Origin: a virus
Lineage: Duplodnaviria; Caudoviricetes
Length of the DNA: 36,506 nt
IMG/VR virus record: IMGVR_UViG_3300020045_006155
Location: 1-36,506 of that record
Reading direction: 5' to 3' (one strand)
Below, in pieces: positions 17,755 through 24,855 of the stretch (the stretch's first letter is position 1; the number at the start of each line of letters is the position of its first letter). Below the pieces are notes generated by a model that saw only the letters and a program-made list of their open reading frames with translations, made no database searches and was not told where the DNA came from. The position numbers and the translations under genes were made by a program.

Positions 17755-18135
17755 CTACGTACTCCTGCTCTTAGTCAGCGCTTCCAAGAATTCGCGCACC
17801 CTCGGCATCACGTATTTGTCGCGCACACGCTCAACAACACAGCAACTTCCGTTGTGACGCTCCTCCCATCGGCGACAGCGCCACTTGTGAGTTTCCAGTT
17901 CCTGGCTAAATCGATAGGTGTTCCACTCGATGTTCATACCGCCATCCCATCGCCAAGACCAGTCCGCTGCCATCTCGTGTTCTTCGAGCGCCATCAGTTC
18001 CGCGTCTGATCTATCTACCAGTCTAGTCAGCACCTCGTTAACATCTTCCACTGTCACAGCAACCATTTCATTCTCCTTTTTCGTCTCCGGCATAACTCGG
18101 CGCTCAACCGGAGCGCGGTTATAATCTTCGTTCAT
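17755..18135 (-). CDS. Hypothetical cassette protein starting inside attC
   Basis: N-terminus MNEDYNRAPVERRVMP is the antisense reading of attC 18090-18178. Confidence 0.7.
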   Translation of the reverse strand: MNEDYNRAPVERRVMPETKKENEMVAVTVEDVNEVLTRLVDRSDAELMALEEHEMAADWSWRWDGGMNIEWNTYRFSQELETHKWRCRRWEERHNGSCCVVERVRDKYVMPRVREFLEALTKSRST

Positions 18136-18178
18136 TATTCACTCTTCAGGGCCGCGCCCGGTTAGCTTTGCGTTATAC
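18090..18178 (+). mobile_element. attC site (type 1, same family as 940-1028)
   Basis: GCATAAC-tcggcg-CTCAACCGGAGCGCGG...CCGCGCCCGGTTAG-ctttgc-GTTATAC. Confidence 0.9.
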
Positions 18179-18335
18179 ATATCGAAACAGGCAGGTAGGG
18201 GATCGAACCCTGACAACGCACTTCGTTCATGACCCCGCGCGCCGCCTTGCAAATGCCGCCATCCGGCCTACTTCGCACAAATCGTATGCATCCAACTTGT
18301 GTCCAATAGTTGCTACCTGCTTCGATATGTATAAC
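18172..18335 (-). ncRNA. Apparently non-coding cassette with tRNA-like T-arm and acceptor-like stem
   Basis: 15-bp complementary ends; minus strand GCAGGT...AGGG-TTCGATC-CCCT-ACCTGC; no convincing minus-strand start codon. Confidence 0.45.
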
Positions 18336-18403
18336 CCATCATTCAAGCCATCACCGCCATGCAATCCTCATTAAGCAGCTTTATTGTCATGTATAACCCT
18401 TCG

Positions 18404-18580
18404 CTAGTCTTCATCAGCTACAATCACAATAGACATATTTATAGGGTCTAAATATGCCGATACAGGCCGACCTGATTCATCTGTCACAATGCTTGATTGG
18501 TCAGCTTGCTTTAGTATTGCAACCATGTCGGCAACTGAATTTTTTTGGAATTCTTGCGTTGTTGTTACTGTTTCGTTCAT
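18404..18580 (-). CDS. Hypothetical 58-aa cassette protein (not in the ORF track)
   Basis: MNETVTTTQEFQKNSVADMVAILKQAD...; GAGG RBS supplied by the left arm of attC 18582-18666. Confidence 0.55.
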   Translation of the reverse strand: MNETVTTTQEFQKNSVADMVAILKQADQSSIVTDESGRPVSAYLDPINMSIVIVADED

Positions 18581-18581
18581 T

Positions 18582-18666
18582 TATAAACCCTCATTAAAGC
18601 AGACATGTAGCGCATTTGCGCGGTTAAAGTTCAGTGGGCGGTTTCCCGCTTAACACGGCGTTAGTC
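18582..18666 (+). mobile_element. attC site (type 2 centre and right arm, degenerate left arm)
   Basis: Shares catgtagcgcatttgcgcggttaaagttcagtg and ccgcttaacacggcgttag with 1205-1301. Confidence 0.75.
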
Positions 18667-18675
18667 ATTGCAGTC

Positions 18676-18951
18676 TCAGTATGCTTTACGCTCAAGGCGC
18701 TTTGCAATTCTTTTAACAAGGTCTTGCGCAGGCCATTGGAACCTATCATAGCTCTTGTCCTGTCCGTAACGCCCGTCATGATACGTTGCATACTCAAGCA
18801 AGGTCATGCACTCAGAAAGAAGTGCATAATATGCGGTTTCTTCCGGCTCCGATAGGCATTCTTCTATTTCATTAATTAGACTATCTGGTAAATCTGACAT
18901 TTCGACCATATGGTCAATAACTCTTTTAAGCAACTCTCTTTCTTTACTCAT
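18676..18951 (-). CDS. Hypothetical protein (MSKERELLKR...)
   Basis: 91-aa ORF between attC-derived boundaries. Confidence 0.7.
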   Translation of the reverse strand: MSKERELLKRVIDHMVEMSDLPDSLINEIEECLSEPEETAYYALLSECMTLLEYATYHDGRYGQDKSYDRFQWPAQDLVKRIAKRLERKAY

Positions 18952-18956
18952 TTTTT

Positions 18957-19151
18957 TTAATCCTTCTGGCAGCTCCCGGTTAGCTCTGCGTTATACATAA
19001 ATATCAATCTATATCTCAATCGCTCAGCTCTGGCTGTTAATTTCTTTTGAGCATGGCAAGGCTTGCCGCGATAGCCTTTATCGCCTATGCGCTTCGCTCC
19101 CCATTCGATCCCTTGATCTATTTGGCTTTTATGTCGCGTTGTTTTACTCAT
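18957..19151 (-). CDS. Small basic hypothetical protein
   Basis: C-terminus YNAELTG is read-through of an attC right arm (18975-18996). Confidence 0.6.
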   Translation of the reverse strand: MSKTTRHKSQIDQGIEWGAKRIGDKGYRGKPCHAQKKLTARAERLRYRLIFMYNAELTGSCQKD

Positions 19152-19189
19152 TTTTTACCTTGAGCGCCCGGTTAGCTCTGCGTTAGGCA

Positions 19190-19537
19190 TCACTGAATAC
19201 GCTCTGTGCGGCCACCGTGGCGCAGAACTTCACCGCGCTCGCCAATGGTCACATGCGCGTCGTCGTACTGGCGCAGCGCCTTCTTCACGGCGGTTTCGGC
19301 GTTGTTCCGGTAGGCATCAAACTCGGCTTGCAGGCGCTTCAACTTGTCGGCGGCCTCGCGCTCAATGTCGCCCATGCGGTCGCTCCACGGCGGCGAGTAG
19401 AACGCCATGCCATAGTGTTCGTGCCCACCTTCTGCACCGCCTGCCAAGCACTCCAATTGCTCGGGCGTCAGCTTCAGGTCGCACTCGGCAGCGGCTTCGG
19501 CGATGCAGTCTTTCCAGTAGTCTTTGTGTGCGGTCAT
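19190..19537 (-). CDS. Hypothetical cassette protein (GC-rich)
   Basis: 115 aa, GAGG RBS; bounded by 13-bp complementary ends GTTAGGCATCACT/AGTGATGCCTAAC. Confidence 0.75.
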   Translation of the reverse strand: MTAHKDYWKDCIAEAAAECDLKLTPEQLECLAGGAEGGHEHYGMAFYSPPWSDRMGDIEREAADKLKRLQAEFDAYRNNAETAVKKALRQYDDAHVTIGERGEVLRHGGRTERIQ

Positions 19538-19573
19538 GTTTCCTCGCTTCGGTAAAAGTGATGCCTAACTAAT

Positions 19574-19658
19574 GTATAACCCGTCATTCAAGCCGACGCT
19601 CTAAGCATCGGCGTATTGTTTAAAATCCGTTCCGGCGCAGCTTAATTTCGCGTTATGC
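19574..19658 (+). mobile_element. attC site (type 3)
   Basis: GTATAAC-ccgtca-TTCAAGCCGACGC...GCGCAGCTTAA-tttcgc-GTTATGC. Confidence 0.88.
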
Positions 19659-19838
19659 ACCAATATTCATAGCTAATTGCCTACATAGGCTACTTGATTC
19701 ACAAATGCGAGAATAAACATCATTAAGAAAATGCGCCATGCTTTGATATTTATCTAATTCCGGTAAGTTTAATTTTCCGGACAACATTAAGAAAATTTTT
19801 CTATCTTCTGGATTTAAGTTTTCATGCCACATATTCAT
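19653..19838 (-). CDS. Hypothetical protein, paralogue of 4198..4383
   Basis: Near-identical protein; stop in R' at 19653. Confidence 0.75.
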   Translation of the reverse strand: MNMWHENLNPEDRKIFLMLSGKLNLPELDKYQSMAHFLNDVYSRICESSSLCRQLAMNIGA

Positions 19839-20020
19839 AAATCCATGCCCTTAAGGGCTTCTCGTATTAATGGCGCTATTTCGTCCCACAGCTCAACGTT
19901 AACTAACGTTTTAATGCTGATGTTGGCCGCCTTATTATCAAACATTTCTACAATAAATAGTAAATCATCTGTTTCATTATCCACACACTCAAACCGTATT
20001 GGATACATTTTCATGCTCAT
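19835..20020 (-). CDS. Hypothetical protein, paralogue of 4380..4565
   Basis: Part of ORF 19835..20032; aligns with 4380..4565. Confidence 0.75.
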   Translation of the reverse strand: MSMKMYPIRFECVDNETDDLLFIVEMFDNKAANISIKTLVNVELWDEIAPLIREALKGMDL

Positions 20021-20079
20021 TGTATACACCATTTTGATAATGTAGCTGGCCGCGAAATAGCCAGCTACGATAAAAAATA

Positions 20080-20373
20080 TTAATAATAGTAAAAAAAAAA
20101 AAAAAAAAAAACGGCTCCGTTACATTAGTGCAAAATAATTCATCCGGGGTTCCAGCTAATCCATAGCTGACCGTAAAACCGGCCAGTTGGCAAGCTTTTG
20201 CGCCTTCGGAAATGACGTGTGGCGGAAAATTAGCAGGACTCCAACGACAGGTAGATGGCCAGCACCAGGCCAATGTTTTAGGCGGTTCAACTGGAACCGT
20301 ACAAACGTCTGTTATTGTCGGCATTAACTGCCGTTGAAATAATAAACAATAGCCATAAAAAATATTTAGTCAT
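20080..20373 (-). pseudogene. Internally deleted subtilase paralogue
   Basis: GGAGG plus signal peptide MTKYFLWLLFIISTAVNA joined out of frame to TDVCTVPVEPPKTLAWCWPSTCRW..., the C-terminal tail of 4627..6249; A21 tract at 20091-20111. Confidence 0.7.
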
Positions 20374-20444
20374 GATGATGTCCTCCTGTTGATTGTTGCA
20401 TATAAAGCATTTGCGATTGATCCTGAATTTGAACCGGCTTGGCA

Positions 20445-20714
20445 TTAGCCACCAACCTTCACCCAGCCCCGGCGCGTCACCTGATACTGCGTTCCGTCCG
20501 CCATCGTCTTGATTTCGCCTTCGCCGTGCAGCTCCACCGTTACCGGCTGCTCGGCAAGATTCGCCAGTTCTTTCATTTGGCGCTGGCTCACTTCAGCCAT
20601 GTCCTCGTACAAAAACGATTTGCCATCGGTAAACTCGGCCTGTCCAAGCATATTCTCCATGAATTCTTTGGCCAGCGGGTTTGGGGTGTTGTTAAAGCTA
20701 ATGCTCATTTTCAT
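20445..20714 (-). CDS. Hypothetical cassette protein
   Basis: 89 aa, GGAG RBS; ends TTAGCCAC/GTGGCTAA are complementary. Confidence 0.7.
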   Translation of the reverse strand: MKMSISFNNTPNPLAKEFMENMLGQAEFTDGKSFLYEDMAEVSQRQMKELANLAEQPVTVELHGEGEIKTMADGTQYQVTRRGWVKVGG

Positions 20715-20733
20715 GCTCCTGTGGTTATGCCGT

Positions 20734-20797
20734 GGCTAACACGGCGTTCTAGCGGGACTGTCCGCAAGCGGCCAGCCCCTAAACTTTGCCGTTATAC
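20734..20797 (+). mobile_element. attC site (short, 64 bp)
   Basis: GGCTAAC-acggcg-TTCTAGCGGGACTG..CCGCAAGCGG..CAGCCCCTAAA-ctttgcc-GTTATAC. Confidence 0.8.
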
Positions 20798-20813
20798 GGC
20801 TTCAATGTATATT

Positions 20814-21068
20814 TCAATTGCTAATAATCCCATAAGCCCGCTCAACGGCGCGCGCCACTTGTACGGCCCAAAGCATATCTCCTATGCGCTGCACCGGGCC
20901 ACATTCTCGCTCAATAATGGCGCGCAATTCATCCTTTGTCATTGGTGCTGGCATTGCTCCGTTGATAAGGTTAGCTAGTTCAGCCACGTCTCCGGAGCTC
21001 AATTGCTGGGATTCGGGCCTGCCCGTAATACGCTCAATCATGTCGCGGGCCTTCTGTTCTGCTGTCAT
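20814..21068 (-). CDS. Hypothetical protein
   Basis: 84 aa, GGAG RBS; C-terminal ARAVERAYGI phage-type ending. Confidence 0.65.
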   Translation of the reverse strand: MTAEQKARDMIERITGRPESQQLSSGDVAELANLINGAMPAPMTKDELRAIIERECGPVQRIGDMLWAVQVARAVERAYGIISN

Positions 21069-21109
21069 AGTTTGTGCTCCCGTGCTAAAGTTAAAGTGCC
21101 TTACCTACA

Positions 21110-21370
21110 TTAACAACCCTCGTTCGCTATTATTTCGGATGGTTTGATCCTGGAAGCACAAGTCTCCGACTGCTCTCGTGGCTTAACATATAGACTATCT
21201 TCAAACGTGCCTTTATGGTTACAGCAAAATATTCTAGCTTTTGGGTATAACTCCATTACCCTTTTTACTGCATCTACCATTTCGGGTGCTAAAACATGAA
21301 TGTCTTTCGTGCATTTGTATGCTCTTTGGGGATCGCTTATTTGTAATTGCCAGTGGCTTATGTTGCTCAT
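21110..21370 (-). CDS. Hypothetical protein
   Basis: 86-aa ORF in the same operon orientation. Confidence 0.55.
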   Translation of the reverse strand: MSNISHWQLQISDPQRAYKCTKDIHVLAPEMVDAVKRVMELYPKARIFCCNHKGTFEDSLYVKPREQSETCASRIKPSEIIANEGC

Positions 21371-21382
21371 AAATGGCTTCCG

Positions 21383-21586
21383 TTACCTTATCCCTTTAAG
21401 GACAAGGTATAATTCGCAGATTCCAACGAGGGGCCATGCTATAAATATAAAACTTAACGGGAACAGATTATCCCTAAAAACCGATGTTGACTCCCTATTC
21501 GCTTCAAAAAACTCACTGCTATTATAGATACTAATCGCAGTAGTAAATCCTGCCCATAGATATATAAGTACCAAAATTATAAGCAT
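21383..21586 (-). CDS. Small membrane protein
   Basis: Two hydrophobic segments in 67 aa. Confidence 0.6.
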   Translation of the reverse strand: MLIILVLIYLWAGFTTAISIYNSSEFFEANRESTSVFRDNLFPLSFIFIAWPLVGICELYLVLKGIR

Positions 21587-21589
21587 CTT

Positions 21590-22048
21590 CTATCCTCTCT
21601 CGGTATTGCGTAGTGTTAGTTCGAGAACGGCGAGCGCGTTCCAGGCTACTTGGGCAGCGTGCAAGCACTGGCTATCTGAGTCTATCGGGCCTCCAATGTT
21701 TTCAGCTAACTGATGCCTGACCATCGCATCGCGATAGCGAGTAACGCCATCTGGTACGAATTGCCAGCCCCCACGACTGTATTTATTAGCGCCGAACGTA
21801 CCCACCTCGGCAACGGCTAACAGCGCGTGCGAGAAATCGAACAGTACCCCGGCCAGCACTTTACCAGAATCTAATTTAGCTCCTGGATCATTCGCACTCC
21901 GCCCATTAGGATCCGCTTCGGTGCCAACGTTAGGCATCGGGGTGTTTAGACTTTTCATTATCATATTACTAACTCCTTGTCGTCGGGCTTTTACCCAGAT
22001 TACTCGTTCAGAGATACAAGATAGTACCTTGGCAGATTCAGATATCAT
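21590..22048 (-). CDS. dATP/dGTP diphosphohydrolase-like (DUF5664) protein; start uncertain
   Basis: GAKLDSGK...AVAEVGTFGANKYSRGGW...YRDAMVRH...DSDSQCLHAAQVAWNALA. Confidence 0.8.
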   Translation of the reverse strand: MISESAKVLSCISERVIWVKARRQGVSNMIMKSLNTPMPNVGTEADPNGRSANDPGAKLDSGKVLAGVLFDFSHALLAVAEVGTFGANKYSRGGWQFVPDGVTRYRDAMVRHQLAENIGGPIDSDSQCLHAAQVAWNALAVLELTLRNTERG

Positions 22049-22238
22049 CAGTATTGTGCGTCTTAACTTCTGTTAATGTAAAACTCGCAAGGTAATCCCC
22101 TCCTCCTGGTTCGAACTCAAATACTCCGGAAGGCATGTTGAAATGCGCTCGTAAAATCGTCTCCAGGTCGTCTTCAGTTAGTTCGATTACCTGTTTGGTA
22201 GTTATCACCTTAGTACAGATTTTTTTCATAGGTTTCAT
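22038..22238 (-). CDS. Hypothetical protein
   Basis: 66-aa ORF overlapping its neighbours. Confidence 0.5.
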   Translation of the reverse strand: MKPMKKICTKVITTKQVIELTEDDLETILRAHFNMPSGVFEFEPGGGDYLASFTLTEVKTHNTDDI

Positions 22239-22449
22239 ATTTTGCGCAGCCTAAACAGCAAGGAAAATCGAGGAAAAAATATTGTTCGCCGACCGCTATC
22301 TTACAACCGCAACATCCACAAATAGCCGCAGATTTACTGACGAAGCCTAACGCGCTTCGTCTGCCCTTACCCCGGATAGAAATTTTAGCTTCTACCGGTG
22401 GGTTGTAAGCGGTATTGCCAACAGCGATTATTTTAAACGATTGGCGCAT
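22210..22449 (-). CDS. Cys-rich hypothetical protein
   Basis: CGCC...CCLGC. Confidence 0.5.
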   Translation of the reverse strand: MRQSFKIIAVGNTAYNPPVEAKISIRGKGRRSALGFVSKSAAICGCCGCKIAVGEQYFFLDFPCCLGCAKYETYEKNLY

Positions 22450-22681
22450 AACCGTTCTCTTCCAGAATTTCGCGGATCGCGCTCGCCTGAACTTTTTGGA
22501 GAGATTTACTCAATCCTTTGTGGAGGTTATACGCTACCAACCACATAAAATCTTCGTATTCTTTTATTCTTTCAGCATCAGTTTTCATAATTTTCCCGAA
22601 AAAACGCCCGGTGATTACAGCCGGGCTAGTTGCCTTCAGAGGAGTGGTAGACAATATCCCGGTCTGCCAGCGGTCAGAAAT

Positions 22682-23257
22682 TTAGATATCGTCGTTTAGG
22701 TCTTCATCGTCTTCGAAAGACAAATCTTCCAAATTAGCCGCCGTAGCCGGAGCTGCGCCGCCAAAGGATTCACCTTTTTTAACATACTGGACGTTCACCA
22801 GAGTAGCACGGATTGCTTTACCGAAACTGTTATCTTGCGCCCAAACCTCGATTGTCCCGTTGACATAACAACCCGAATAAATCTTGCCATCACTGGCGGA
22901 TAGCACGTCATTTTTACCGCCCCGGCCAACGACTAACGGAGCTCCGTTTTCTTGATTTCGCGTCGCTGTTACCGCCCAATTACCCGCGTATCCGCTATAG
23001 ACTTTTGTATCGCCATCTACGAAAAAACATTTCCCGGATGTCACTAAAATTTGTTTTAAAATAGGGCCTGCTTTTGCGCCCCATTTATCATCCGCAACTT
23101 TTTTTATCGCAGCGTTAATCTGCTTGACCGCTGGGTTCTCAGGATCGATCAGAAATGTGCAGCGATACTGAAACGGCCCCTGCCCTTGAAATTGCACTGC
23201 TTCAAAAAGATCGGGGAAAGCGATTCTCGCGTCCCGTATTAAAATTTGTTCTGCCAT
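22682..23257 (-). CDS. DUF2815 family ssDNA-binding protein
   Basis: RIAFPDLF, IYSGCYVN, NVQYVKKGESFGG, acidic C-terminal tail; position next to DUF2800. Confidence 0.88.
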   Translation of the reverse strand: MAEQILIRDARIAFPDLFEAVQFQGQGPFQYRCTFLIDPENPAVKQINAAIKKVADDKWGAKAGPILKQILVTSGKCFFVDGDTKVYSGYAGNWAVTATRNQENGAPLVVGRGGKNDVLSASDGKIYSGCYVNGTIEVWAQDNSFGKAIRATLVNVQYVKKGESFGGAAPATAANLEDLSFEDDEDLNDDI

Positions 23258-23273
23258 TTTGTTCTCCAGTTAA

Positions 23274-24854
23274 TTAAATAAAATCATATTCATCGGCCTT
23301 CGGGTTACTAACCGGAGGCTTATTTTTATTCAGCCTAGCGGCCTTAGCCAGCATCGCCGGTTCCGGGGATAAATCTACATCCGGTAGCAGGTCTTGTATT
23401 TTCACCTCCCGTAGCTTCTGTAGACCCTGTATATCCTCAGCATCCAAATCCGGTAACTCCGGCAGGTTAGCATAGGGGTTAATCGGCGGCCGTTTATCCG
23501 ACATTGGTACTACAATCGTTTTGCCGGGTGCCCGGCCAATCAACGGTGTTAATTTCGCCCATAATTTAGGGCGTGTCTTGGACAAGAGCTTTTCGGCTAC
23601 CGGCGCAGTTATAACGGTCTTCGAATACATTTCATCGACTTTTAACCGCATCGCCTTCATCATTTCTTCAGCTTCTTTTTTATCCTGCCATGCGCGGTTG
23701 CCTTCTCGCCCTGTTACTAATTTGAACTCTGAACTCTGTTCGCCTGCCATCAATTCCGCGTGAAATTTGGTAGCGATAGCGTCTTTCCAAGCATCGATAC
23801 GTTCAAGAGCCTTATACGCTTTCTCCAGATCCGCGAATGACAGGCTGTTAATACGACCAGTGGCCGCTTCAACGGCTGTCTTCAGATCCGGTTCCTGCCC
23901 TATAACGGGCGCATCCAGATCATAAAGGCCATCCGCTGTTGCCGGAGTCAGAATAACGCTTAAGCTTTCCTCGGTTCTGGCCGAACAGAAGCCACCTGCT
24001 TTACACCATTTACAACCTTTTTCGCTCGGTTTTAGATACTTTTTGAACCAAGCGCGTTGAGCGGCATTAATTTCTTCCGAAGAAAGTAGATCCTTGAAAG
24101 ATTCTGCTGTAGCGAGGGCTTCTTCTGAGCGAGTTATCGCGGCCTTACAGGTATCGATAAACCATTCCAAAATCGTCTGCCCATCACTGTTTTCAGTGGC
24201 TAAGTTCATCTCCCAAGAAGGAAAACTATTAATGCGCGGTTGCGCGATAATAAGCTCTATAGTTTCGAGGTTAGTCAAATCATAGAACTCATTTTCAAGC
24301 TCAAAGCATGTACCAATGGCATATAACATTAACTGCGGGTTTAGTTCGGCTTCTACGGGTGAATAACCGTACTTCAGGTCTATAATAGTAAGTTTCTTAC
24401 CATCATCCGAGACTATGGCCGCGTCTGAGGTGCCGAAAGCGCCGGGGAGCCCTATGGCTTCCCCGAACTCAACTCGCCGCTCTACAAACAACTCACCGCC
24501 TTTTACGTTATCCAGCACAAGCTGAACGTATTTCGCTACTTCTTCAACCATTTCATGACTAACTTCCCAGCGACTACGTTCCGTAACGCCTTCGGGAAAC
24601 GGTTCTGTTGTAAAGACTTGCCCATCCCGACCGCCAGGAACCTCCCAGCAAATTATTGTTTCACCCAGATAACTATTTATATCGTTACCTGTCGTTAAGA
24701 CAACGGAGCCTAGATAGTGGGCTGCGCTGCCTTCATCGGCATACGGGCTGTATGACTCCTTCTGCCCTCGCTCCATTGTTATCTTGCCCGCACAGGACAA
24801 CCAGCCCTCGGAACCGGAGGCGCTGTATCGATGGTGTTGGACAGTCGATGACAT
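23274..24854 (-). CDS. DUF2800 family Cas4/PD-(D/E)xK-like exonuclease
   Basis: HHRYSASGSEGWLSC, ADEGSAAH, FGTSD, IIDLKYG, NPQLMLYA, CKWCKA...C. Confidence 0.9.
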   Translation of the reverse strand: MSSTVQHHRYSASGSEGWLSCAGKITMERGQKESYSPYADEGSAAHYLGSVVLTTGNDINSYLGETIICWEVPGGRDGQVFTTEPFPEGVTERSRWEVSHEMVEEVAKYVQLVLDNVKGGELFVERRVEFGEAIGLPGAFGTSDAAIVSDDGKKLTIIDLKYGYSPVEAELNPQLMLYAIGTCFELENEFYDLTNLETIELIIAQPRINSFPSWEMNLATENSDGQTILEWFIDTCKAAITRSEEALATAESFKDLLSSEEINAAQRAWFKKYLKPSEKGCKWCKAGGFCSARTEESLSVILTPATADGLYDLDAPVIGQEPDLKTAVEAATGRINSLSFADLEKAYKALERIDAWKDAIATKFHAELMAGEQSSEFKLVTGREGNRAWQDKKEAEEMMKAMRLKVDEMYSKTVITAPVAEKLLSKTRPKLWAKLTPLIGRAPGKTIVVPMSDKRPPINPYANLPELPDLDAEDIQGLQKLREVKIQDLLPDVDLSPEPAMLAKAARLNKNKPPVSNPKADEYDFI

Positions 24855-24855
24855 C

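Larger units (their letters stand above)
18090..20797. mobile_element. Cassette array B (CALIN-like), inside the replication module upstream of the polymerase gene
   Basis: attC sites at 18090-18178, 18582-18666, 19574-19658 and 20734-20797; half-sites at 18329, 18975-18996 and 19164-19188; same polarity as array A. Confidence 0.85.

Noticed and set aside
4197-20306. Diversity-generating retroelement (TR/VR pair) suggested by the duplicated subtilase C-terminus and nearby hairpin
   Set aside because: Differences involve all four bases, are mostly synonymous and extend over two other genes; no reverse transcriptase is present.
876-20978. Plus-strand ORFs across the arrays (for example 876..1160, 1363..1833, 3620..3952, 19217..19555, 20439..20978) as the true sense cassette genes
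   Set aside because: They lack RBSs, often run through attC sites, and are shadows of minus-strand ORFs that have RBSs, recognisable motifs or conserved paralogues.
21590-22048. 2-aminoadenine (Z) genome pathway
   Set aside because: No PurZ or DatZ-like gene in the window; a diphosphohydrolase alone is insufficient.
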